DNA of 63,099 nt, filler included, from Globobulimina sp. (taxonomy: Eukaryota), in assembly GCA_003354225.1 (NCBI GenBank). It is 37 parts of 37 records of this genome, joined end to end, with 100 filler letters (N's around TTAATTAATTAA, not from the genome) between each part and the next. Parts side by side here need not be neighbours in the genome. Positions count along the whole stretch, not along the records: positions 34,171 to 35,778 come from PIVH01014170.1; positions 35,879 to 37,486 come from PIVH01014171.1; positions 37,587 to 39,194 come from PIVH01014172.1; positions 39,295 to 40,902 come from PIVH01014173.1; positions 41,003 to 42,610 come from PIVH01014174.1; positions 42,711 to 44,318 come from PIVH01014175.1; positions 44,419 to 46,026 come from PIVH01014176.1; 30 more parts are not named here. One strand, 5' to 3'. Below are positions 34,171 through 46,126 of the stretch, piece by piece. The notes beneath the pieces were generated by a model. That model saw only the letters and a program-made list of their open reading frames with translations, ran no database searches and was not told the origin of the DNA. Position numbers and translations under genes: made by a program. The number at the start of each line of letters is the position of its first letter. Position 1 is the first letter of the stretch.

Positions 34171-35640
34171 CAGGCAAATTGTGCAGCAATTAAGTCAGAC
34201 CCAAAATGAATTAGAATGCGAACAAGAAGCCTTTAAATTATTTAAAGCCACCACACAAAGGAAACTATCAAAAATGAGCGATTTAGGTATAATTACCACT
34301 ATTTTCTATATATATTTGAGATATTTTTGAAACTGAAAATATGCAGAAAAGCAGCACAGGAAATTATCGTCGGCGTCCATTGCGAAACAACGGTTGGATT
34401 TGTTATTGGGCGAAGTGAGGCTATTAAACCTAGCACAACACAGCAACAATAACAACAAATCGGAAGACGAAGAGGAACCGACTCCAGACACTACCAACAA
34501 CGACGAAGACTCTGCAGACAGCCACGATAACGACGAGTTAGTCTATGACAATGACTTCGATTTCAATGAGAAAACCATGGTGATTGGAAACGAGCATTTC
34601 GCGCAACAGCACAGTCGTTGCTCGTCCATGGTGATCAACGATGACATCGACCAAGACTCCAAAATCCATAAAATAAACCTATCCAAAGACATTTTGCCCA
34701 CACTAAAGACCGCCAGCTCCGACGCGATGAGCGAGAAATATGGCTACAACGTCGGTGAGTTGTCGCCCATTGTCGGCGCACAGAATGAGGCCACACCAAA
34801 CCTCACCATCTCTGACAACACAGCGACCCAAAAATATTGGACGGATACCTCCGGCTCGAACCTCTCAAACATATCCACCAACGCGTACGATGCAGACATG
34901 CCAGACATTGACAACTATCCCATCCAAAACAACACCAAATCGCGACGCGAACAGAAAATAAACAAACATTTACCACACGACTCGTTTCTGACGCTATCGC
35001 CGGCTGTCAAGCAACAGATAATCGATAAGAAAAAGCCTAAAAATGATATGAACACAATCCTGGAACACGGCAATGCGAATAAGCCGCTGCCGCCACGTAG
35101 AAACACCATCGATCGCTTAATCGAGCAACAAGAGCTACAGTTGGAAGAGGAGGAAATTAAAATGATTTCCGAGCAGGAAACGCAATTATTGGCACCGGGC
35201 AATTCTCCGCTATCCATTCACATGGAAAAGAAGAAGAAACTGGACCAGACTTATCAGGATATACTGGCACAAAACGCCACAAATTACAACGAGTCGATGG
35301 ATTTCAACCAGCAGTCGTATGACATGGATGAGGAGGACGAATATAAAAATATCTACGCGGATTTCGGCGACAATGACAGCGAAAAGGGGCAACATTGGCC
35401 GTCGCCGTCACATATAAAGTCCCAAAGTTGCATGAACCGCTACAATGAGATGGTGATCGGCCACGAAGCGAATAAGTCGTCGCTGAGCAGTGTAGCGAGC
35501 GATGGGTATTTAGAGTTAAGTGATACTATGAAAATATCGCGAGAACAGTTTCAAGAGTTACGAGAGAAACACAATAAGCAATTTATGCAAAATCCGTTGC
35601 TGTCCAATATGTTGAACGAGATTGAAGAGACTCCCCGTCG
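34171..35640 (+). CDS. Low-complexity, acidic, probably disordered/coiled-coil protein; partial
   Basis: Long ORF from 34394 plus an upstream exon and a probable GT-AG intron near 34287-34346; GC-richer tail after about 35640. Confidence 0.6.
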
Positions 35641-35878
35641 CGGCTCCCAGCTCGTCGAAGCTCGACGTCGACTCACTCCAGCGCACGAAATCACCGGACG
35701 CAAGGAGGGGATTCACTCCCATATGGCCCTGGGATACAAGATCGAATACGTGGCTGTTGACGATGCCCTGCAGGTCATNNNNNNNNNNNNNNNNNNNNNN
35801 NNNNNNNNNNNNNNNNNNNNNNTTAATTAATTAANNNNNNNNNNNNNNNNNNNNNNNNNNNNNNNNNNNNNNNNNNNN

Positions 35879-37358
35879 TTGTTTTAACTGGAAATGATTG
35901 CATTTCTTTTTTATATCTGTTTTTTTGCGCAGGATGCCGATGTAAAGCACGCAATAATAATTCCTGTTTTTCTTGATTATCCCTACAAAATAACCATTTT
36001 TGTGTTAGATTTGGAGAATATCGATGTTGCAAAGGACTTTGAATCCAGATACTTTTCTTAAATAATTTCATCAAAGTGTCAGGTAAAAGTGTTTTTTTTT
36101 GAGCTTTGGATCTTTTGCCATGATTTCCTAAAAAAACTTGCACTCTCTTATTCGCCAAGGTTGCTCCGGCAAAAATATACAAACACGGCTTAAATCTATG
36201 TAAATTTGAGTTATATCCGGATAAAAGCTTATCTTTTGTATATTTTTGCAATGTTTTTAATATTTGTTGAATATGTCTCCAATGCCCAACACCCGATTTA
36301 TGTGTCAATAAAATATCCGCTTCATCAAAGATTAAATAATTTAATCGCAAAACAAATGACACATCAAATATATGCTTAAATACTGAGGGTGTCACAATTA
36401 ATATTTCTGGCGACGATATACATTCAATCTCTCTCTCCCGCTCAGTTAGATGTAAATGCGAATATAAGTAAGAGTACACACAATGCATTGGCGGTGGTGA
36501 AGTGTGTTCAGTCCATGACTCGACCCGCAATCCAAAGGGACGACAAATGGACTGTATGACGCCACGAATCTGAGTGCATAACTCCGCGGATGGTTCGATG
36601 ATTACACATTTCGGATATTTCAAGTATGGAAAGTTGTCTTTCTCTTTGCTAATATCCATGGCAATGTACTCTTCAATTAATTCGTCAATAACTGGTATAC
36701 AGAAAGCTAATGTTTTGCCACTGCCGGTTTCTGCGCCCATAATTAGACAATTTCGCCTATTTTCTAAGGCATGAAACTGTTTAATAAATAAGGACTGAAT
36801 GATGGAGGGACATTTGAAGCCCATTAGTTTTAGCTGTGCTGATAAGACATCACTGACTCCGATATCGCCAAATGTACTCTTTCCGTTTTTAATGTAAAAA
36901 AGTGCTCTGTCGCAGTTTAGTAATTCCCTCCGTTTTATGTCAATGTGTTCTTGTAAGTTCTCTGGTTTTTGTGTTTCGTTTTTCATTAAATCTAATTTCA
37001 ATTTGTTAACGTCATTGTTATGTTGTTGCAGCGCTAAATCCATTGCTTCTTTTTCCATTCTTTCATCTTCATCTTTTTCGCTGTTGTGGTTATTGTTATC
37101 TTTTTGAAATTGTAATTCGGAGGAGATACGTTGCAAATTTATGCCATCGGAGTTTATGTTTAAATTTGGTTTGTTATCAAATATTTCATCCAATTCAATT
37201 TTGGGAATTGGTATTGATGGTTTTTCGTAAATTGAATTTTCTGTAAATTTCGATAAAACGTCCTCTAGATTTGGTGGCAATGACTGTGTTTTGGGCGCTA
37301 TGGACGTCTCAAATTTGGTTGGTGGAGAATGGAGGATACGACCTTGAGATATTGGCAT
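35879..37358 (-). CDS. DEAD-box RNA helicase, possibly organellar (DDX28-like), partial
   Basis: Q motif GFKCPSIIQ, GAETGSGKTLAF, EPSAEL, IVTP, FDEAD, AGAT in place of SAT. Confidence 0.9.
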
Positions 37359-37586
37359 TGAATCTGATTGAATGTCGTTTAATATTTTGGAAAGTTTTTG
37401 TTTTTTTTGAATGTGCTTTTGTTGCTGTTTTGTTTGGTTGTAACTGAAGTCATATTTATCAATGTATTTGTTTTTCGTTTGATTTGNNNNNNNNNNNNNN
37501 NNNNNNNNNNNNNNNNNNNNNNNNNNNNNNTTAATTAATTAANNNNNNNNNNNNNNNNNNNNNNNNNNNNNNNNNNNNNNNNNNNN

Positions 37587-37813
37587 AGTTGGTGGATCAT
37601 CCTGTTCCTCTTCGATCTGTTGATGGTGGTTTTCATTTTTATGATCCAACGTTAATTATTTTGGGTGTTTTGGTTTTTTTCGTGTTTATCTGTTGTGCGG
37701 TTTCCATGAATATCGGAGTCTGCGTCGGGTCATATATTTTTGGGCGTTATCAAAATAATCAGCAAAGAAGAAAAATAAATGCTGATGAAAGCCATGAAGA
37801 TAATAATGTTTGA
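37587..37813 (+). CDS. C-terminus of a single-pass membrane protein
   Basis: TM LIILGVLVFFVFICCAV followed by a basic/acidic tail. Confidence 0.55.
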
Positions 37814-38031
37814 CGGAGTTAATTAATATGTTATTAATTCTTCCACAATTTTATGCTTTTTCCCTCAACAAATTGTTTTTTGCGGTTTGTTCGTTTTTTA
37901 TATTCTTTAAATAATAGTTACTTAATACTCATTTTCGATTTATTTTGTTGTATAACTTTGTGCTGGATTTGCAAACCAAAACAAACTGAACCAAATTGTA
38001 TACAACTTTTCCACCAGTGACTTTTCGTTGA

Positions 38032-38099
38032 ACGATACATTCCAAAAGATAACCCCCCTTTGTATACCGAAAATTCAATTATCTTTTGGAATATATCGT
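38032..38099. mobile_element. MITE family A, minimal 68-bp copy with TGA target-site duplication
   Basis: ACGATACATTCCAAAAGATAA...TTATCTTTTGGAATATATCGT flanked by TGA (38029-38031, 38100-38102); a degraded internal fragment of the family lies at about 37950-38018. Confidence 0.8.
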
Positions 38100-38356
38100 T
38101 GAGACGGTTGACTCGGGTTGAGTGTGATGGGCAATATTTTTCGAATTAAGAGTTTTCCCTTTAGTTTACTTTGGTAACAGAATGCACAAAACGATACCAG
38201 TACACCAAGTTTTGCCTATCTGGCCCTATCAAAAAAGCAATTCCAACAGCACTGTGTTTACATAAAAAAGTACTGACCAAACAGTAAATAAACTGTTTAT
38301 CAAACAGTATATTTACTGTTTGGCCACTGCTTGAACTATAAGTATTAAGCACGCAT

Positions 38357-39194
38357 TCAATAAGTATTTACATTTCCATCATCAGTAACAACTGTCGCTC
38401 CACTTGTTGTGCTGTCACCGCCTGCAGTTCTTGCTTTGACTCGATTAATAATATGAAATTCATCCGGTTCATAAGCACCTTCATTATCGACCTCAACAAA
38501 CATATCATCGAAATTAACACCTTCCTCTTGCTCCTCTTCTTCCTTTCTTTCTTCTCTCTTTTTTTCTTCAATGGCAATGATTTCCATTAACTGAGCAGAT
38601 TGTATCATTACAGCCGATAAAAATTCATTTACATTTACCGGTTTTCCTTTGTCTGTCTTCGTTGCATATCCATCAAATGTATTAACATTACCTTGTTTTG
38701 TTCCATGCTGCGCCACACTGTGACTATGACTGCTGTCTTCTTCATCGACATGTGCTTTGTTCATTTGTTCAATTTGCATTGCTATCTCATGTTTTTTTAC
38801 ATATCTTTTATTTTTATAGCAACGGAATAAAACCGTCATAACACTCGCAACAAACACAATGATCACAGCAAGTGTAACAATAATCAGTATTGAATTCCTT
38901 CCATTATTGGTTGCATTGTTTATATGCATAGCTATAGCGTTTACAATACATAAAAAATAAAATTAAAACGCAAATTAAATACTAAACATGTTTCCATCTC
39001 ATTCTCTGTCGATATTGCACTAATTGTAGTCGGTTCTGATGTGGTTTCGTACTTTGTAGTGCTTAGACTAGTTCTGGTCACTGTGGGCATATACGTTGTT
39101 GGTGGAGACGTGGTTGGTACATATGTTGTGGGTATATCTGTTGGTGCATACGTTGTTGGCATAGAAGTGGTCGGCATAGAAGTGGTTGGCGTAG
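38357..39194 (-). CDS. Type I membrane protein with a PTT mucin-like stalk, TM and acidic tail; 5' partial
   Basis: MPTTSMPTTYAPT repeats; TM ILIIVTLAVIIVFVASVMTVLF; intron-like gap between the two ORFs. Confidence 0.75.
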
Positions 39195-39487
39195 NNNNNN
39201 NNNNNNNNNNNNNNNNNNNNNNNNNNNNNNNNNNNNNNTTAATTAATTAANNNNNNNNNNNNNNNNNNNNNNNNNNNNNNNNNNNNNNNNNNNNGAATTT
39301 TTATAGCTCGTTGAATATATTGTTACGTGTATAAGGAGTGAAAATGTGACAATTTCTAACTTTGCCAAAGTATTTCCTTTTAGAACCTATCTGATTGATA
39401 CAATACAACAACATGTACACATAGATAGAGAAGTTTGTTTTGCAAAAAACTTTTTGAAAAAACTTAAAATAGTCTGATTTTAGAGAC

Positions 39488-40510
39488 ATGGACATGGACA
39501 TAAACATGATACTACCAGGCGATGAAATGGCTTGGGAGCGATTGCCAGATGTGCCAGTTGATAGTATATTCACTGGATTTTCTAACGCTGTCATGATCAA
39601 TGAAACAGAATTCATTGTCGCTCCTGAATACTTTGAACATGATCATTTGTTTTTATATAATATAGTGTCGACTAAATGGGAAACATTCATCGAATATGCA
39701 AATGGAATGGGTTTATCAGCACATCAGATCTGTCTAGATCTACAAACTCAAGATTTATACCTATTTGGTCAAGGACCTGATTTGCATAAAATGAACCTAA
39801 CAACAAAGCAAATCACAACAGTAAAAAATGTATTCAATGCAGGAGGCAATGCATGTACAACATTTGCCAATTCACAGTATCACGTAATCGGTGGCTGGAA
39901 TAATAACCATCACTTAATATGGAATGAAAACCAATCAAAATTCGAACTGTTTCACAAATTTAATGAGTGGGTCAACGGAGTCCAATCCGCTGCATTAATT
40001 TATGTGGCGAGGATGCACTCATTTTTTTTATTGGGTGGTTTTGATAAAGGTGGAGAAGAATATTTCGATACAATTTGGATCTATTCATTGCAAACACAAC
40101 AATGGCAAACAACTGACACAAAGCTGCCACGTAAAATGTATGATTTTGGTCATATATTGACAAATGATGAGAAATATATTCTATTGTTTGGTGGATCAGG
40201 CTCAGAAGAACAAGATCTATATGAAATATACATTTTTGATATAGATTCGATGAAACTTACTGTCGCAAAAACAAATGGTCCACTCAGTATTTTTGGTTGC
40301 AGAGCCATTGCGACACCAAATGATTATATTCATTTATTGTTTTCAAATGAATCACGACAACATTGGAGAATTAGGGTCAAAGATATTGTCCCTTGGTACC
40401 GTAGCGAATTAGTATTTGGATATGTTAGATTTGTATGGAATGGTTTGGGCCTAAGGAACGATATTTTTTTGCCAAATGATTTAATTTATATAATTCATAA
40501 ATATTATTGA
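39488..40510 (+). CDS. Kelch-repeat protein with a C-terminal GYVR...LP..LI motif
   Basis: LYLFG, YHVIGG, FFLLGG, ILLFGG Kelch blades with W-containing spacers. Confidence 0.9.
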   Translation: MDMDINMILPGDEMAWERLPDVPVDSIFTGFSNAVMINETEFIVAPEYFEHDHLFLYNIVSTKWETFIEYANGMGLSAHQICLDLQTQDLYLFGQGPDLHKMNLTTKQITTVKNVFNAGGNACTTFANSQYHVIGGWNNNHHLIWNENQSKFELFHKFNEWVNGVQSAALIYVARMHSFFLLGGFDKGGEEYFDTIWIYSLQTQQWQTTDTKLPRKMYDFGHILTNDEKYILLFGGSGSEEQDLYEIYIFDIDSMKLTVAKTNGPLSIFGCRAIATPNDYIHLLFSNESRQHWRIRVKDIVPWYRSELVFGYVRFVWNGLGLRNDIFLPNDLIYIIHKYY

Positions 40511-41334
40511 GTTACTTATGGATTGTAGCAATAGACAACGACTTGTAATATGCAAATTAGCAATGAGCTTAAGGTTTTGTCAGAAAACGTTTTTATCCAT
40601 TCGCAATGAGTTAAGTGAATTTCAACGTAGTTGCTTGCGATCCAACGTAAGGATGGATTTGATAGATGACACTAAAATCTCCGAGATAATACTCCGCATT
40701 GCATCATCACGCATGATATTAATATCATTCATAATATAAAAAACAATTACACAATAAACAGGTATTTCGTTGTTATTGCTATTTCTGTGTATGGTACCCA
40801 ACCATGCTTGGCCAGGTTTGTCCACACATAATTATTCTTTTTCGAATACAAAAGATGCATATTTTTAATTTGTCAGATAAAAATGCATATTATCTCCGAT
40901 CGNNNNNNNNNNNNNNNNNNNNNNNNNNNNNNNNNNNNNNNNNNNNTTAATTAATTAANNNNNNNNNNNNNNNNNNNNNNNNNNNNNNNNNNNNNNNNNN
41001 NNAACCAATCAATATGTAAAGAAGTGTTGTATGAGATTAAGTAAAGTTTATGATATTATACAAACATTAAATTTAAAAAATATTCGAATTTAAACAATTT
41101 ATATTATCGATCTAAAAAACATTATTTATCTTTGTGTTTGTCTTTGTGATTGGATGAACTGTGTGTTTTTCCAAACTATATTTTTATTACATATCTATGT
41201 GCAGATACAATTTTGTTATAATTTTTTCCTTTTTTTTTCCTTTTCTTTTGATTACTTTGCATTGTACTGTGTCATATTTATTGCTAAACTTTTGTGTTCT
41301 CACAATAGTTTATGTTAAATTCATCTAATCTAAT

Positions 41335-42610
41335 CTAATCTAATAAGCCATACGTTGAGGAATACATAACATCCACACCGAGACTGGAGTCAATACCAAA
41401 TGATAAGTTTGCGGGTTTGCGTGCTGAGCAAGAATAATTTGTCAAATTGTTTGGATATGTTTGTAACTCTGTCAATGCATAATTCATTGCCTCTAAAAAA
41501 TCAATATAATTGTCGCTAATTAAGTCGTTGTTATAACCATAAAATTTATTTAACGCAGCAAACGAAGTGGAATAAAATATGGTCGATCCACTCATATGTT
41601 TACGGATAAAATCAGCGCCAAAATATATAACGGCATCGGATAAATAATTTAAAACACTTTGACCGCTCATTTTTAATCGCTCATTGCATGTGTTCCAAAA
41701 TATATTCTCGTCATTGATAAAATTATTTAAAAATAAACCCATATCATAAATATCAGCGTCTTGCTCAGCTGCCACGGTGGCACTTTCTCCCCGTAACACT
41801 GCCATAATCATCCCGTAATCGTATGCTTCAACGGCCAGTGTTATCATTCGAATAAAACTGTTAAATTCGTTTAAATATTTGTCCACTTCGTCCATATCAA
41901 ATAAAGCTAAGGTATATCCTCCGGGTGCATTGGACGATTGTGTCTGTACATCACCTTGTTCTACATACGAATCAATAATTGCTTTCGAATAATCAATTGC
42001 ATTTTGCGATGACGCATTTATGCCTTTTTTTGCAAACAAAATGTGGTTTATGTGGTGTATATTAAAATATGTGGCGAGTTTTTTTTAGTGTTGTGTAACT
42101 TGTGTTTGTTTACAGTATCGGATTGTCATACAATAGAAATTAATACCTTGATAATCCCAACCAACCCCAGGTTCCGCAACTTCGCTTGCAATATAATATT
42201 TTGTGATATCATACTCGGAAATATAATGTAACACACTATAATCAGCCATGATACACGCATCAAAGCCTAATATATCCAATCTACCCAAATAAGTCTCTTG
42301 TAATCCATTTTGGACTGCACTGAATAATTGGTCTAAATTACTGACTGTCTCGTTCTGATTCGCCATTGCTGTGTGATCATCAGTACCAAAACCAGACCAC
42401 GCACCCCCATGATCCCAGAAGGTTAATGCAAAAAATGTTGAAGTTAGTTGATATTGACCCATCAGAGCAGTAAAATTAGCAATGGCTTGTGGTTGCATTG
42501 AATCTAATTCATGTCCAAAATCATATATTTGACACCAAATTTCTCCGTTTTTCTGTAATAATTTGCTACCATTGAATCGTCCGGAAATTGCCTCGTTTGT
42601 GCTGCAATCA
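41335..42610 (-). CDS. Clostripain-family (C11) cysteine peptidase, 5' partial
   Basis: FWDHGGAW, LDILGFDACIMA, ASEVAEPGVGWDY; intron 42024-42146. Confidence 0.9.
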
Positions 42611-42710
42611 NNNNNNNNNNNNNNNNNNNNNNNNNNNNNNNNNNNNNNNNNNNNTTAATTAATTAANNNNNNNNNNNNNNNNNNNNNNNNNNNNNNNNNN
42701 NNNNNNNNNN

Positions 42711-44190
42711 CCATAGTTATCAGTGACAAGAAATGGCGAACCGCGTCGACAACGGAGAAACCTATGATGAGAATATTGTTTCCAACGCGCAGAATGCAGT
42801 GACGGTGATCGGTCCGCCGGGCATATTATTTCCCACCGTCCAGCCATATGTGTCCATCACTAAAATTGTCAAACCATTGGATACAATCTATCGCGTTGCG
42901 TCCAGAAACACTCAAATCGTGGATTTTGGAGTCAATAACGGTGCAGTGGTTCGCATAAACGTTGGCGGATTAGGATTGAAAAAAGGCGATCGAATTAGTA
43001 TGAAATTTGCTGAGGTGAAGCAACATCCACCTTATGGTATGTTGGATAACTTGCATAAACAAATCCATTCGAACATGTCTCTAATTCTGTAATGTTACAG
43101 GTACAGCGAATGGTGAGTTATATTATGGTAATTTACGCACTGCGCAGCAATATGATACGTTTGTGTCCGGCGGCAATTCCTCAGGACGTTATACGGCCTT
43201 CTTTACCATGCATGGTTTTCGATACATGGAAGTATGGGGTTATCCACGTACGCTCACTGTGAATGACATTGAGAAATTAGAGGTTTCTGCCAATGTCGGA
43301 ATGCGCGCAAATTGGACCTCGTCGGATCAAACCTTGAATACAGTGAATGACCGATGTATAAATGGTCAATTATCCAATTTGAAATCGGTAGCCACTGATT
43401 GCAATCAAAGAGATGAACGACTTGGTTGGATGGGAGATGCTGCACTGAGCGCCGACACATTTTGTATTAACTTCAATATGCAATCCTTCATTGCGAATTA
43501 CTTGGTATTGGTGACCGACGCACAAGACTCAAATGGCGCGGTTCCTGATGTTGTGCCGTGGTATCGTTACGGTTCGAGGCCGTCAGATCCAAATTGGGGG
43601 CTCGCCTATCCTTTGGACGTCAATGTCTTGTATCAATATTACGGCAGCTCCTTCCTCGACGTGGTGCGGCAATATATGAACGGGCCCACGTACAACTTAC
43701 CAAATTATATCAAAGATTTGCAGTCTCGCATGCCCAAAACCAACGGACGAGACGACATTTCAAAGTATCCCGCGAGTTACGGCGATTGGGTGCCGCCGCC
43801 GCCGGCGAAGAAGATTTCTAATAATTTTGCGGGCGCTTTTGGGTACATTGAAACCGTGCGGATCGTAAAAGGCTTGGCGAGGATCGTTGGGAATACATCG
43901 TATGAGACGTATTTGAATTCATTGCAAAGCAGTTTAACCACTGAGTTTATTGCCGCCTTTTATAACAACGGCAATGGTCACTATTTGACGGGCTTACAAA
44001 CCTCGTACGCCATGGCGCTTCATGCGGAGCTATATTCTGACAACGCGATGAAGAGCACGTTGCAGACGAATTTAGTGAAACAGATTGCGGCGGATAAAAA
44101 TTTATTAACCACCGGCATTATTGGAGCCAAGTTTATTTTGCCAGTGTTGCACGACATGAATCAAACTGCGTTGACGTTGGGCTTGATCAA
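42711..44190 (+). CDS. Alpha-L-rhamnosidase-like glycoside hydrolase (GH78), partial
   Basis: DFGVN, FTMHGFRYMEV, TDCNQRDERLGWMGDA, YGDWVPP, TTGIIG; intron 43037-43100. Confidence 0.92.
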
Positions 44191-44191
44191 A

Positions 44192-44318
44192 GGAGCCGGT
44201 TTGGCCCCGGAACGCGCGGACTCTCACGTAATAGGTGTTTCCGGCCTCCAGGTTTTCCGTAACCCGGGAGAAGAAATTCTCCGAATCGGCATCGATATCG
44301 TCGTTGGTGGCGATGAGC
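44192..44318 (-). CDS. Bacterial-type PPC (pre-peptidase C-terminal)-like fragment, chimeric tail
   Basis: LIATNDDIDADSENFFSRVTENLEAGNTYYVRVRAFRGQTGS; GC-rich. Confidence 0.6.
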
Positions 44319-44418
44319 NNNNNNNNNNNNNNNNNNNNNNNNNNNNNNNNNNNNNNNNNNNNTTAATTAATTAANNNNNNNNNNNNNNNNNNNNNNNNNN
44401 NNNNNNNNNNNNNNNNNN

Positions 44419-44993
44419 TATTTTGGTTTTTTAGGGTGATATTTGTTTGTATTTATATTTTGTATTTGTTGCTGTAACTCTTTGGATAATATTTTTTTGG
44501 GTGCGTCTAATAAAGATAATGGGTCATTGTTTTTGTCGAGCTGTAATTGCTGCAATTCATTGAGTTGCATTACATAGCTTTGTAAGGTGTGTGTTAATGA
44601 ACTGATCTCTTTTTTTAGTTTGTCAATGGTTTTGTTTTTAGAACTTAAGGTAGAATGTTTATGTGCCAACGCACGGTTCAATACAACAATTTTATGTAAT
44701 AACTCTTCGGGCGATACTAAACGTACAATGTCTGAGACTGATACGAATATTCCATATTTCGGTCTACATTTAAAATATCTTTCACCAGCACGGATACCAT
44801 CACTTGTACCCAAAGGATCTGTTAATTCAATGCCTATTATAAATGATAGCTCGTCTATATGACGAACTACACCGATTCCTTCCGATGGGTCCGATATTAA
44901 TACTACATCGCCGATAGTTAAGCGAGCTGAATTATAGGATCTACTATGTTGTTGTTGTGGTAGTTGTGGTTGTTGTTGTTGGTTGTTCATCAT
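44419..44993 (-). CDS. CAP-Gly domain + coiled-coil protein, 3' partial
   Basis: IGIELTDPLGTSDGIRAGERYFKCRPKYGIFV. Confidence 0.9.
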
Positions 44994-45914
44994 TATTAAT
45001 CTCGCGTTTTTCAAGCTGTTTTTTCGTGGCTAAAACACATTTTTTTTATTCAGATTGCAAACTAAATAAAATGCGGATTTAAAACAGCGTCGCGGGGTTC
45101 TAAGCTTTTACAGAAACATCTGTATCTATTCTGCAAATTGTTTATTATATTAATTGTGGACTTTGCTTTCAATTCAGTTATACATATTTTCATAATCATT
45201 GTCATACATGTTTTAGGATCCTGTAGTTTCCCCACCTGTTAATAGTCAGAGATTCGCCAGGGTTCCTTCCGGCGTCCCCAGACCGCCAACCATTACACAA
45301 ATATATGGCAAACCAAATAAAACATACATAAAAAATACACCGCACATACCAGCAAATCATTTATTTGTACAAAGTATGCCTAGCACTGCTTTGTATATTG
45401 ATATCCTTAAACATACCCCAATTAATCCGAAAAATGATTATGAAAAGAAACTGAGCGACAATGATTTTGACAATTAGTATAAATGCACATTATGATTTTT
45501 TATAGCAATTTCAACTATTAATTTTTCAAATATTATATATCCATGCATATCATTTTTTGAATATTTGCCTCACATAATGTGACTTTAGAATAGGACGTGT
45601 TTAGAATATTGCCTTTTGGAAATTTTTGATTTAAAGAATAATTTATATGAGATTTTAATCTCTGGACTTTTTACCGTACGGCTGATTGGTTGACATATAC
45701 CTTGGCTGCTACGCATCCTAAGCCATATATCCCAACAACCAACGGAAAAAGACACTCCCGCCAACAAGTTGGCCTCCATTTCCCGAGATTAAAATCTCAT
45801 ATAAATTATTGTGACTTTTTGATATTTTTACTTCAAAAAAAAACCGCAAAACCAACTCTTCAACCTTCTAACATTCTCCTTTAACCTTCTCACCTTCGAC
45901 AAACCACGCAATAT

Positions 45915-46026
45915 CGCATCCGCATTATCGCATCCGCCGCATTCGCCACATTCGCATTCGCCCCATTCGCATCCGCCGCATCCCTCCGCATCCCTCCGCA
46001 TCCCTCCGCATCCCTCCGCATCCCTC
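45915..46026 (+). repeat. Minisatellite: degenerate CGCAT units grading into (CCGCATCCCT)n at the contig end
   Basis: Directly visible tandem 10-mers. Confidence 0.9.
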
Positions 46027-46126
46027 NNNNNNNNNNNNNNNNNNNNNNNNNNNNNNNNNNNNNNNNNNNNTTAATTAATTAANNNNNNNNNNNNNNNNNN
46101 NNNNNNNNNNNNNNNNNNNNNNNNNN

